Source: Selaginella moellendorffii (Eukaryota; Plantae; Lycopodiophyta). From it: a DNA stretch of 64,000 nucleotides. The stretch is from assembly GCF_000143415.4 (NCBI RefSeq), contig NW_003314359.1, forward strand, positions 281,477-345,476, given 5' to 3'. Shown here in pieces: positions 13,887 to 25,298 of the stretch (positions are counted from its first letter, which is position 1; every line of letters begins with the position of its first letter). Position numbers and translations under genes: made by a program. Below the pieces are notes generated by a model, which was not told the origin of the DNA, ran no database searches, and saw nothing but the letters and a program-made list of their open reading frames with translations.

Positions 13887-13934
13887 AATTACCACTAATT
13901 ACCGTACACTAGGGATAGTTTTAGGGTTTATGAG

Positions 13935-15267
13935 ATGCCCGACGAGGAGGTCCTGGCCACGCCCCACATTCCAGCTCTGGATTTCCGCGGCTTCGACCAC
14001 GACGAGCTCTTGCTCCTCGCCAAGGGCTACCGCGAGGATCCGTTCCATCTGCTGGTGCCACGGATCGATCGCAGCCTCTTCAACGAGAGCGCCAGCTCCA
14101 AGATGCAAACGTTTCAGTCGATGTGCGATGACGACTCCTCGGAGGACCGCGGCGGCGGGGGTGGCGGCGAGGATATTTCGGAGGTGTGTGTGATGAACAA
14201 GAGCGAGGCGTCGTGGCGGGAGAGCAGGGATCGGCGGCCGCTGGACGAGGCGGAGGCGCTGAGTGAGCACATCCTGGAGATGCAAGGTACTTGGATTTCG
14301 CCCTCTAGGCAGGAGAAGCTTGTGGCGGCTAAAGGGTTTCCCGAGGGCTGGACAGTGATTGTGCGGCTGCGGTGGAGAGAGGAGCGATGCTATCTGGAGT
14401 TTCGAGACTACAAGAGGTAACGCTTGGAAGCAGCTCCATTGAGGATTCGTTTGATTTTTAGTTCTTGCGCTTTCTCTCAGCCCAGATGGAAGGTCGTGGC
14501 CTTCGTTCAAGGCGGCGGCCAGCTATCTCATCTCCAACCTGGATAACATAGATCTTGCTGGGATTCTCGACAGCACTGGGAAAGCAGAGGATACAGTGGA
14601 AAGAGAGACGGCATCAGAACAAAATGGCGAGGCCGGCGAGTTCGTTGACATCGAGAGTGGCACGGAAGAAGAAATGGAGCTGATTGACAACAACAAGAAG
14701 AGAAAACGCACGCCTATCAAGCAAAAGAAGCTTGACGACATTCCCGAAACGCAAGAAACATTCCATGTAGAGAACGGGGACGCCGAGAAGACGCAACAGG
14801 AGGACGATACCCCTAAGGTGGCGGAGCAAAACGAGCAGGCTGCGCGAAACTCCATTGACTGTCAGGCCCAGCAAAACTGCGGCAGGCTTGACACGGCCGG
14901 CAACCACGAGCAAGTCCATCACGGTGAGATCTCTTTAACTCCACAAGCAAACGATCGATTCGTTTGTGAAGGTTGCGGGAAGATCTTTGGCTCGAAGAGC
15001 CAATACTGGGGGCACCAAAGTGTCCATGCGAAGAAGCGAAGGCGCAGAGAAGCTATCCCGGAAGAGAAGCAAGAGGAGGCACAGACCTTCTCGTCTCTTG
15101 TTGGATGGCTGGACGAAGGCTGCCAAGAATGCAAGATATCGGTGCTGGGGAACGAGCTAAGTATTTGCAGCTGGTGCGAGAAAGAATACCACTTAAGCTG
15201 TGTGGGAAGGAGCGCTGGCGAGACTTTACCTCCGCACTGGACGTGCCCGGCCTGTATACTTCTCTAA
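13935..15267 (+). CDS. MBD8-like methyl-CpG-binding domain protein with C2H2 finger and PHD finger
   Basis: PRIDRSLFNESASSKMQTF (MBD8-type N-terminal motif); PEGW...YKSPDGRSWPSFK MBD across an intron; CEGCGKIF..YWGHQSVH; C-terminal CQEC...CSWCEKEYHLSC...WTCPAC. Confidence 0.8.
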
Positions 15268-15480
15268 CCGACGGTCGTCTTGTGGGTAAGCTGCGTCATT
15301 GCTACTCGCTGATTCAGTTTTTGAGCAGGACAGACAGGAGAGCTGTGTTGTAGCTCCTTGACTTGAATGAAATCAAAGACAATTTTTTCATTCGCGGATT
15401 TGTTTTGTAAGTTTTGCTCAACTTCATCTTGATGGAGTTCCTAGCAGATTATTCTTCTCCGCTTGGATTGAACTATATAA

Positions 15481-16728
15481 TCAGGAGTTCAGGAGTTCTT
15501 TCACTGCATCGTCGATGAACTTAGCGTCAACCGGGTTGAGGCCGGAGCCAGCCAAGTGACCCCACACTCCAGGTATGATTCTAAGCTTTGCATTTGGCAT
15601 GAAGCTGGTCTCGTACTCTTCGTCTTCAGGAGGGAAGTACAAATCCTTTTCAGCCGGCATCACAATCGCTTTCGCTTGTATTGAAGCAAGTGCTCGTTCC
15701 AAGCTTCCATCGAATCCCGGGGTGAGTCCGACGTTCCCGTTTTTCCAAGTCCACAACATTGCTAACAAGTTGTTTGGATCTCTGTCGTCCAGGAAGAAGC
15801 CTTCCCAGTATCCAACCAAGAAATCTTCCAGGCTTGAAAACCCCAGCTCTCGCCAAGTCTCGTTCCAGTAGAAAGCTTGCGAGAATCCCCAACCAGCATA
15901 GACTCGGGCGGCAGCTCTGAGGCCTTTCGTGGGAAGTTGATTATACCAGCCGCTCTGGAATGCATCATCAGACGCCAGTGCTGCCTTGACGCCTTCCAGG
16001 AATACCTGTGCTCATTCATCCAAGGTAATGTTCCAGTTATTATAGCTTACTTGGTTGTGAGGACTTGTTCTAGCGGATCCGCAGAATGGTAGAATCCTTT
16101 CGACCATTTTCGGATAGCTGACAGCCCATTGAAATGTTTGGCCAGCTCCCATTGACCATCCCAGTACCAGCTTGAGCGTTTGGATGCCGAACTCCTCGGT
16201 TACGAGTTTATGCTGGGCACGGACGTTGTCTTGCACTCTCACCTACATACACGGACGACAGGACAGGTACTGTGTTGCTTTGTGAGGAGCTTCTTACGTT
16301 GGGGAATCTGGCTTTGTCATAGGGTGGCGCAGAGTTGCTTGGAGAAGTCGAGAGCCCATTCCCAAGCATGTTTGGAACGATGATGAAGTATTTGGAGGGG
16401 TCAAGTCCCATGCCGGAACCGATGAGCCATTCGTTGTCCCAGTGCCTACCTGAGAACCAAGTCGGGTAAACGATGGCATTGTCTCCTTGTGCGTTAAGAG
16501 ATCCATAAGTTTTGTAGGCGAGCTTTGCGTCTCTCAGCGTAGCCCCTTCGCATAGCGAGAAATCGCCCAGACTGAAAAGCTTGTAAGATTTCCTGCCGGC
16601 TGCAAGGAAATTTGGTAAGACTAAGCGCTTTCTTTTCTGAACTTACCGATTGAACTTGCCGTGGAGAAGCGAGCACGGATCTTGGAAATCGGCTTTGGAA
16701 TGCAATTTCGCAGGAGCGGCATCAACAT
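15481..16728 (-). CDS. Homoserine O-acetyltransferase (MetX)-like alpha/beta hydrolase with N-terminal presequence exon; 4 exons
   Basis: LAYKTYGSLN, YPTWFSG, NMLGNGLSTSPSN, GWSMG nucleophile elbow, EKDLYFPP Asp, WGH His; exon 1 MLMPLLRNCIPKPISKIRARFSTASS. Confidence 0.85.
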
Positions 16729-16873
16729 GTTTCTTGGGACGAGGTCTACGAAGAACACTGTAAGACTGGACTGGAGTGAGCTTTCTCCGGTACAAAGTCT
16801 CCTTACACAAAGGTACGAATTTTCGATGTTTAATTTTTCTTCTTTTGTCATTGAACTGTTTGACATAGGGCTT

Positions 16874-19021
16874 ATGCGGCTACTGAGGTACAGGCTCTTG
16901 AGAAAGTATCATGTTCTATCAAGCAGCCGAACGAGCAAAGCTGTGGGTTGTGGGCATCTTTTAAATCGGCCGTGCTCGTCAGCTCCAGGTGCTGATACTG
17001 CTCCGAATGACAAGGCAGATTTTTTCGATTGTGAAGACAGGATCAATGCAGCTCTCGACGAGAAATATGGTTTGGATCAGCAGGGTGTCTTTGAAAGGAT
17101 CCGGCTTTCCTCCGGTTCGATGGCACTGGGTGATGGAAAGACCTTTGGCGAAGAGGGAAGGGTATGCTCTTGGGACGGGGAAGATAACATCTTGGCAGCT
17201 ATCGAGGAGAGATACAACAGAAAAGAAGAACCAGAAGGGAAGCAAAAGTTTGAGTTCCTGAGCGTTTTGCAGAACCAGCACTATAGCGATGAAGAAGAAA
17301 AGGAGGAAGAAAAAGATGGTTTTGATTCGGAGCTGAGTGATGACGACTCCTCAGCACTGGTTGAGTACGTGAGGAAAGATAGAGTTGGAGCTACGGACTT
17401 TTGGAAACCTTCCAAGTGCTTCCTCGACTGGTCCAAGCTGCGAAGAACAATCGTAGAGGAGTGTGTAGAGGCCGTTGAGAAGCGAACAGCAGCCACAGAT
17501 TTGAAGGTTGTGCTGGAAAGATGGGATGGGATGGTGGGGAATGCGTTGGTCGCCATTGTCCTGCGGCGGTTGAAGGACTCGGATTCAGCTTTCGCCTTCT
17601 TCAAGTTCGCTGGCCAGCAGTACAACTTCACTCACGACGCCATCACGTATGAAGCTCTGATCAAGTTCCTGGTGAGAGTTGCCAAGGACTACAGGCGAGG
17701 TTTGTTGATCTACAAGTACGTGGAGCGTGCTCGAGTCCAGCCGAACGAAGGGATGATGGAGCTCTTAGTGGAAGCAGCAATCGAAGGTGGTGAGATCGAC
17801 CAGGCGCTCCAGTTCGCTGAGGCGACGTGGAAAACGCTTGGAAGGCTGACGCCGGAGGTTTGCCGGAGAGTCATTGTGGGCCTCTTCAAAGCCGGGAGGA
17901 TGGAGGAGGCCGTGGAGTTTTTGGAAACGCAAATGGAGTTCTACGGTTGTGAGAAAGATCTCACACACTACAATGCTGTTCTCTGCGGACTTTCCAAGGC
18001 CGGGAGGATGGAGGAAACGGTGGAGCTGTTTGAGAAGATGGAAGCTCGGAATGGTATCAGCTACGTGATCATGGTGGAAGGCTTTGCTCAGCAGGACGAT
18101 CTCGACGAATGCCTTAAGTTTGCCTCGCGCATGTCGGTTGAAGGCTATCCATGGACTGCTGCGACGTATGCGTCTGTCATCGGTTTGTATGGCAAGAGGG
18201 GCCGGGTTGACGAAGCTTTCCGGAGCTACAAGAGGATGGTCGCACAGCGCTGTCGCACCGATGCCAGAGTTTTCAACACCACACTCGCGGCGTTGAGCAC
18301 CAGCTTGGATGAGCCGGTGAGGCTTGAGCAGTGTCACGACGTTGCAGAGAAAATGGTCTGGAATGGACACACCCCGGACGCTCTCGAGTTGTTCCGGCTG
18401 GTGGCGAAGCTCTGGGACTCCGGGAAGAAGCAGCAAATAAGGGATTTCTTTGGACAGATGGAGAGAAGCAGCAAGGATCTGGATGAAAGCCAGTGTTTCC
18501 GGTTTGTGGCCAGGCTGTGCGAGGATCACAGGGTCGTCATCGCCATGAAGTTCTACCGGGTGATGATCGAGAAGAAGATGATGCTGGACGGGAAAACTTT
18601 CGGCATCCTCTTCTCGGAGCTCTGCCGGACTGGCAAGGCCGACGAGGCCTACATGCTGTTCGCGAAGCTGGACGAGAAGAACGCCGTTCGCTACGACGGA
18701 GAGACTCACAGGCTGGTCTTCGACGAGCTCTGCCGAGCAAAGAGGGCCTTCCAAGCTTTCAGAATCTACGCGTCCATGGTGAAGCAGTCCCTTCCCACTG
18801 ACGACACGATGCTCGCTAGCCTTCTCTCGGGATTGCTGGAGGAAGGCTCGCATCACAAGCTCGCCTTGGCGGTCTACAATGCGATGCTCCGGCGGGGATT
18901 CACTCCCGGCGAGGACAGCTCCCGGCTGCTCGTCCAGATGCTCTCCAAAGCAGGCGACTTGGAGAGCGCTGAGAGGGTGGCGGCTGATAGCATCGAGAAG
19001 AGCTTCTTCGTCCCAGCATAA
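16874..19021 (+). CDS. P-class pentatricopeptide repeat protein, probably mitochondrial, intronless
   Basis: AFAFFKFAGQQYNFTHDAITYEALI and successive PPR motifs (YNAVLCGLSKAGRMEE, YASVIGLYGKRGRVDEA); Arg-rich N-terminus. Confidence 0.92.
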   Translation: MRLLRYRLLRKYHVLSSSRTSKAVGCGHLLNRPCSSAPGADTAPNDKADFFDCEDRINAALDEKYGLDQQGVFERIRLSSGSMALGDGKTFGEEGRVCSWDGEDNILAAIEERYNRKEEPEGKQKFEFLSVLQNQHYSDEEEKEEEKDGFDSELSDDDSSALVEYVRKDRVGATDFWKPSKCFLDWSKLRRTIVEECVEAVEKRTAATDLKVVLERWDGMVGNALVAIVLRRLKDSDSAFAFFKFAGQQYNFTHDAITYEALIKFLVRVAKDYRRGLLIYKYVERARVQPNEGMMELLVEAAIEGGEIDQALQFAEATWKTLGRLTPEVCRRVIVGLFKAGRMEEAVEFLETQMEFYGCEKDLTHYNAVLCGLSKAGRMEETVELFEKMEARNGISYVIMVEGFAQQDDLDECLKFASRMSVEGYPWTAATYASVIGLYGKRGRVDEAFRSYKRMVAQRCRTDARVFNTTLAALSTSLDEPVRLEQCHDVAEKMVWNGHTPDALELFRLVAKLWDSGKKQQIRDFFGQMERSSKDLDESQCFRFVARLCEDHRVVIAMKFYRVMIEKKMMLDGKTFGILFSELCRTGKADEAYMLFAKLDEKNAVRYDGETHRLVFDELCRAKRAFQAFRIYASMVKQSLPTDDTMLASLLSGLLEEGSHHKLALAVYNAMLRRGFTPGEDSSRLLVQMLSKAGDLESAERVAADSIEKSFFVPA

Positions 19022-19040
19022 TGGAAAGCTTCTCGCCACC

Positions 19041-20888
19041 TTAGCCAACGTCTTTGACTCCAACGTACCACACGGCCGAGGCTACCATAGTAGCAACCAT
19101 GTGGCATATCTGCGTACTATGGCTTGGCTCCAGCCTCGACGTTCTGGCGAGCGTGGCAAACCAAGTAGCGCTCCCGGCAAGCATCACCTCCGCCGCGATC
19201 TTGCTCCACCTCGGCATTTCCATGTACGCATAGACGGGTCCAAAGGCGGAGCACAGGATGGTGATGCAAACGCACAGCGCCACCCGGATCCAAGGAAACG
19301 CGCTCGCTGTGGTCACCACCTTGTTACCGGATTCCTTAACCAAGGTGTCACCTTGATACGCGTACCCGAGCTCCTCGACCGCGGCATGCTCCTGAAGCTC
19401 GGAGCAAAACAATGGCTGGCGCATGAGCGTGAGAGCTGCTTCGATGCTCTGGACGTCGTGATCGGCTCTCGAGAGGATGTTTGATACCAGCGAGAGGTAT
19501 GGCGAGCTCGGCGTGCTTGATATCTTGTGATCTCTAGCGATGGCGAGCCTGGTGTGATGAACCTCGGCGAAGATCCCAATCAGCCTGCCTTTGAGCCTCT
19601 CCCGGACGCTCACGAGCGTCCGCAAGGAGAGACCGGTGCTCACCACGGTGGCCAGCCACAGCATTCCATGGCCAACGAGTCCTCTCGGCGCAAGCTTCTC
19701 CACCTTGAGCGCGCCATAGAGCCAGCCTCCCACCACGAGCAAGAGCTCGACAATGTTGAATGCTATGCTCAAGCAAGCCATGCGAGCCCGCTTCGACGTC
19801 TCCCACGAGATGATCTTGTCAGTCGCGATCGAGGCTACGTTGGCTCCGTGGGCAGTCACAACGTAGCTCACGCCATCGAATCCTAGCAGAGATAGCAACG
19901 CATCGTCGCCGGCAATGCCCTCGGCTCCAAGCTTGGCCATGACCATCCTGGGAGCGAACAGCCACACCGCAAGCCCCCGCCCGGACGCCGCCCCCATGAG
20001 CCCCACTGCGACGCACACCATGCTGTGAACGATGCAATACATCCACACCGCGGATCCTACCAAGGCCACTCGAGTCGCCGTGTTGTCTCCTACGTACTTC
20101 GCGATTGTCACGTATGGCATCACCACCCCGTCGAGCTGATACGACGTGATGTAGCGCCCCATTCCCGGATCTTGTTGCGCGTCGCTGCTGGACTCGTTCA
20201 TGGACACCGAGCGCGTTGGTCTCCGCAAGATCTCGTTGCAGATGAGCGTGGTGACACCATTGGTATCAAACTGGATGTTGTTGGCATCGCAGCTAGCAGT
20301 GTATTCCAGGAGCGCCTGGATGGTTTCACCGGGCAGCGGCGAGTACATGCCATCTGTGTCTGCGTACCTGACAGGGGAGTACTCTGGGCATCTGGGCGAG
20401 CTTGTCCAAAGCACTGCAGCGCCATGATCGTCATCCCCATGCTTTTGTCTGCCAACGAGAAGAATCAGCCATCGCTGGCGAGCGAGAACCTCTGCCAAGG
20501 TAGACACTTTCACGCACAAGGCCTGCAACTGGGCTGGCGTCCTCCAGCTTAGAAGAAGCACGTCTATCCTGGTTTTGCCGCCATTGTATCCGGGAGCGAA
20601 CACGTACCAGTTGCCACTCTGTATGGCAGAGGCGGCGGCGGAAGCACGCTGGAGAATTGCGAGTGATGCGATGGTGGACGTGATCGGGTTGCTGGGCCTC
20701 TGGGCATTGCTCGCCCTGACACCGATGCCCACGGCTCCCCAGAATGCCACAATCTGCGACGACCACGCTGCTGTTGACGACGTTGCCACATTCTGTGCCC
20801 GGGCAACCGGGACGATGGCTGCTAGCGACGCTAGAATTGGAGTTAGGAACCTTGGGAATCCTGTGATGGGATCCATACAGGTATGCAT
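19041..20888 (-). CDS. Intronless multi-pass membrane protein of unknown function (~610 aa)
   Basis: Long uninterrupted ORF with signal-peptide-like start (..LAAIVPVARA/Q), soluble middle and several C-terminal hydrophobic segments; no family recognised. Confidence 0.7.
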   Translation of the reverse strand: MHTCMDPITGFPRFLTPILASLAAIVPVARAQNVATSSTAAWSSQIVAFWGAVGIGVRASNAQRPSNPITSTIASLAILQRASAAASAIQSGNWYVFAPGYNGGKTRIDVLLLSWRTPAQLQALCVKVSTLAEVLARQRWLILLVGRQKHGDDDHGAAVLWTSSPRCPEYSPVRYADTDGMYSPLPGETIQALLEYTASCDANNIQFDTNGVTTLICNEILRRPTRSVSMNESSSDAQQDPGMGRYITSYQLDGVVMPYVTIAKYVGDNTATRVALVGSAVWMYCIVHSMVCVAVGLMGAASGRGLAVWLFAPRMVMAKLGAEGIAGDDALLSLLGFDGVSYVVTAHGANVASIATDKIISWETSKRARMACLSIAFNIVELLLVVGGWLYGALKVEKLAPRGLVGHGMLWLATVVSTGLSLRTLVSVRERLKGRLIGIFAEVHHTRLAIARDHKISSTPSSPYLSLVSNILSRADHDVQSIEAALTLMRQPLFCSELQEHAAVEELGYAYQGDTLVKESGNKVVTTASAFPWIRVALCVCITILCSAFGPVYAYMEMPRWSKIAAEVMLAGSATWFATLARTSRLEPSHSTQICHMVATMVASAVWYVGVKDVG

Positions 20889-21079
20889 CTCGAGAGGTTC
20901 TCGAGATAGACTGATAAAACACCGCACACAATGGAAAGTCAACTCGTTCCGTAATTCGCAGAGGCTGCTCCTTTGTTTTCCTCAGTCCACGAAGGAGAAA
21001 TTCAACTCCAAGACTTAAGCGTGGAGTCAAAGTTTTGATCGGTGGTTGTTCATCGACAAGCAAAAGCTTTTCTTGTTTC

Positions 21080-21660
21080 AGACTCTCAGACTAACGCTTG
21101 TTGGTTGAATTTGAATGTCTGGCTATAGTATACAATACTGGCTGATCGTCAGATTCTTGGTTCACTTCCCGTCTTGGCTCCTTGGCATTGCCTTCATGTG
21201 CAGGCTGAAACACCAGCAGGATCCATTGCTGGCTGCCCAGTACATGGACACCTTCGACTATCTGGGCTTATACATTGCCATGGCCATGATATACATCTTC
21301 TCATGAGCCAGGCAGATGGTTTCGCAGGTGTTCCACATTTTCTTCCCCTTCTGGAACCGATTCAGGTGGCCGGTCTATGTGTACCTCTTGTGGCCCAAGG
21401 AAGAGATGGATGCGTTCGAGCAGCAGCTGAGCTCGCTCATATCTTAAAGCCAGAGAGTCCACTTCCCTTTGTCCGTGGGAGCTGTGTGGGAGGTGTTCTC
21501 AGAAGCTAATGAGGAACTGGAGACATACAAGTTTGGATCAAGTTTTGGATGCATTATTGGGAAAAAAACGGCTGTTGCTTCCGAAAGCTTGAAGCCCAAA
21601 AGATCTACTAGAGCGTTTCTTGCCAAAGCCCAGAAGGATGTAATTGATAGCAGAATCTAG
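21080..21660 (+). pseudogene. Truncated, internally deleted copy (A) of the 7TM gene family
   Basis: Homologous to exon 2 of copy B (QQDPLLAAQYMDTFDYL, GAVWEVFSEANEELETYK) but lacks exon 1 and has deletions and a premature stop at ~21304. Confidence 0.85.
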
Positions 21661-22027
21661 AGGGCTGCCAACCATCTTATGCTTGGTGCCCCATGATCGA
21701 TTGATTGCTTGCAGCCATTCTTGATGAATCGAGACAACCACTGATCAAGACTTTGACTCGGTTTTTTCTACTTTATTTCCTGAGAAAAACAAAGATTTTG
21801 CAGTTTTGGTTTATTAATGGAGCCCATAGAGCAACGCGCAGTGTTTAGAGTAAATTAGTCATTAATATATAATAGTAATTTACAGTTTACCTAAATGATA
21901 ATAATTTCATCGTTAGTTTTGTAATGTTTCTAAAACTTTCGCCTTTATCCAGGCCTATTAATATATAAACTGTCTAATTAGGACTGAATATAGTCTATTC
22001 ATTTTTGTATATTAACAAAGGTATAAT

Positions 22028-22113
22028 CAATGCACCACAAATATGTATATATATTTAGAGATTATACCCTTGTTTATAATCTCTAAATATATATACATAT
22101 TCGTGGTGCATTG
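22028..22113. repeat. Near-perfect inverted repeat (39-bp arms, 8-nt loop)
   Basis: caatgcaccacaaatatgtatatatatttagagattata ... tataatctctaaatatatatacatattcgtggtgcattg, one mismatch. Confidence 0.93.
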
Positions 22114-22468
22114 TAGGTTGATGCTCTAGTGTTTAAGGGGGCCAAGAACCGAAAGATAACAAAACAAGCGAGCGTGTAACAAATTTAACGAACGAATCAA
22201 GCAGGAGTGTGGACAGGACACAACAGTAAGAACAATATTCTTGAATAAAGATATGATAGAGAATAAAATCATGGAGAAGGAGAACAAACCCTATTGCATT
22301 CCTTATCTACATGCTGTTGATGACATGGACAAGTCTAGTGCGGCCAATTGAGCTACCTATAGAAGAACTCGAAACAAATAGTCAAAGTGTTGATCAGTGG
22401 TTGTAGCTTGAAGGATTCAAGACCGATCAATCGAGCTCGCCCAATCACTGCGGCACTTGCAACTCGAG

Positions 22469-23601
22469 ATGGTCACCAGCCGCCCAGATTCTGACATAGA
22501 TTATATCCTCCTGGGCTTTGGCATTGCCACCGCAATACCCTTCACCATAGCGAATGGCGTGCTGTTTGTCCATCGCCAGCGCTCCTACTTTCATGCCCAG
22601 GGTGGGGTTTACTTCATACTCGCCAGCTCCCTGGCTGGGCTGGCTTGGATAGCAACGGTGTTTGTTAACAATGGGCACTTCAGCACAGTCGGGCCATTGC
22701 AGAGTTGCAAGCTGTGGCTGTTTTGGCTGCAAGGATTCAGCTTCTGCTTCTGGTTCATGCTCACTGCCTTTCGGCTCCGCCGCATGTACGAGCTCAGCCA
22801 CAACATCAAGAGATGGCGGTGGGAGTACTACGCTTTTGCGGCCATCTGCCTCCTTCCGGTGGTGGGCACGTCAACCGCTGCCATCTTCAGTAACTTCAAT
22901 GTGGAGCATGGAGGGTGAGCAAAAGCTTCAAACTCTCACACTAACGCTTACTGGTTTGGATTTGAATGTCTGGCAATAGCATACACTACTGCAGAATCAA
23001 CGGGAACTGGCAGATCGTCAGATTCTCGGCCTACCTTCCATATTGGCTCTTCGCCGCCGCTGTCATGTGGAGGTTGCAACGCCAGCAGGATCCATTGCTG
23101 GCTGCCGAGTACATGGACACCTTCGACTATCTGGCCTTGGTCATCGCCATCGCCGTGATATACGTCTTCTCGTATCTGACGAGCGTGAGCCGTATTGTTT
23201 CTGGCAGATGCCTCTTGACCGTCTCACAGGTCTGCCTCGTCTTCTTCCCCTTTTGGACGCGATTCGCGTGGCCCGTCTATCTGTGCCTCTTGCGGCCCAA
23301 GGAGGAGATGGACGCGTTCGAGCAGCAGCTGAGCAGCGCCGGTGCGCGAGCCTTGCTCATATCTCAAAGCCAGAGAGTCCACTTCCCTTCGTCCGAGGGA
23401 GCTGTGTGGGAGGCATTCGCAGAAGCGAACGAGGAGCTGGAGAAGTACAAGGTGAGATCAAGCTTTGGATTGCATTCTTGTGGAATAAAAAGGCTGTCGC
23501 TGCAGCATGAGATCCAGAAGCTCCAAGCCCAGAAGCTGCGTCTCCAGGAGAAGATCCGTGATCTACGAGACCAGGCAAAGCAACAGGTGATAAAGAAGTA
23601 A
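22469..23601 (+). CDS. 7TM GPCR/RGS1-like membrane protein with C-terminal coiled coil, copy B (exons 22469-22914, 22980-23451, 23506-23601; 337 aa)
   Basis: Seven hydrophobic segments; C.LW.FWLQG at the top of TM3; canonical GT-AG introns keep frame; heptad-rich tail. Confidence 0.8.
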
Positions 23602-23674
23602 TAATCCCGCTTTGAGAAAGTCAAGTGCCAGGGCTGGAAAATTGGATAGAGGGTCGAGCGAGTTTGCTTTGTCC

Positions 23675-24857
23675 ATGGCGTCTCAATGTTGCAAGCAAGG
23701 GTGTTACATGGGAGTGGTGCCCAGTCATCCGAGCACTCCCTACGACTTCACACTCCTGGCATTTGCTTTGGCCGCGACAGTACCGTTCATCGTGGCGAAT
23801 GGCGCGCTCTTCGCCCATCGCGGCCGCTCCTACTTTCGAGCACAGGGAGGTGTGTATCTCATCCTAGGCAGCTCGCTAGCGGGCTTAGTCTGGATAGCAG
23901 CCCAGTTCGTCAACAATGACCACTTCAGCAGGGTCGGGCCGCTTAGAAGCTGCGTGCTGTGGGCGTTCTGGCTCCAGGGGACGGGTATTTGCCTGTGGTT
24001 CGTGCTCACTGTTCTCCGGCTTGCTCGGATGTACGAGCTCAGCAAGAACATCGACAACTGGTCGTGGAAGTACTACGCTTTCGTGGCCTTTTGCCTGCTT
24101 CCCATAGTCATCCTGTCCACCGTTGCTGGCTTCAGTGACTTCGATGGACACGAGAAAAGGTAAAGTTCATGACTTGCCAAGTTTCATCTCTATCTCTCTC
24201 GGACTGATTGTTCTTGATAACAGCAAACCGGCGTGCAAGCCAAACAAGCATTGGAAAATCATCGTCCGGTCCGTGTATACTCCATACTGGCTGCTGCTCA
24301 TCTTCTTTATCTATAAGCTGCGCAACCAGGAGGATCCACTGCTAGCTACCGAGTACAGGGACACTTTGGACTACTTGGCTATGGCTATCGTCATTGTCAT
24401 GCTCTCCGGCGTCGCGGTTGTGACGAAAGCTAGCGATACTATCCCTGGCAGATGCTTCCTAACGTTTTCAACATGCTGTCTCGTGTTCTTTCACTTTTGG
24501 ATACGCTTCGGGTGGCCGATTTACCTATGTCTCTTCAGGCCCAAAGAGGAGATGGACAACTTCGAGCAGGAGCTAACTTACGGTGGTGCCCGAGCTCTGG
24601 ACATGGTTTACAGCCAAAGGATACACTTTCCTTCCTCTGAAGGTGCTATTTGGGAAGCTTTCTCCAAAGCTAGTGACGATCTGGACAGATACAAGGTAGA
24701 GCTTGTTTCTTTTTCTTCTTCTTCTGGCGCTCTAGCTAATGCTACACTGAAACAGGATGAAATACGGAAGCTAGAATTGCAGAAAGCGCTGCTGGAAGGG
24801 AAGATCCAAGAGTTACAAGTGCAGAAGAGAAAAGCAGCTGGATCTGGTCATTCTTAA
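23675..24857 (+). CDS. 7TM GPCR/RGS1-like protein, copy C (exons 23675-24159, 24224-24695, 24756-24857)
   Basis: Clear paralog of copy B (RSYFRAQGGVY, DPLLA.EY, HFPSSEGAIWEAF); same intron positions. Confidence 0.8.
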
Positions 24858-25298
24858 GTTAATCTATGCAAGGTTGGCATTTTGTTCTATCTCCTTTTCA
24901 ATCTTTTTGATTCTTTACTTGACTTTGAGTCCAGTACCTCAGGGAAAGTTTCAAGGAGACTGCCAAGGTCACAAATTCAATGTGCTAGTTTTCTTCGTCG
25001 TGTTCCAAAGCTTTGTTTGTTTTGCAGACTCTTCCACAACTTGACTTTGAAGCGGGTTGCTCTGCTTCCCTGTCATGATTTTTTGCCGTGGACGGACGAT
25101 GACTGCTGTTCCACGAAAAAGAGAACACGCACACACGGATCCTGAGTCTGTGTAAAGAGTACGTAAAGGACTGAATTTTCTCAAATGTTTGGACAGACTC
25201 AGAAACTCCAAGTCAAGCAGAAAACTCATGCCTTCACAATCTTCACGACATCGAGCGCGTAAGATGGTTTTTTAGTTTTGGAAAGGAAGCGACAGCTA

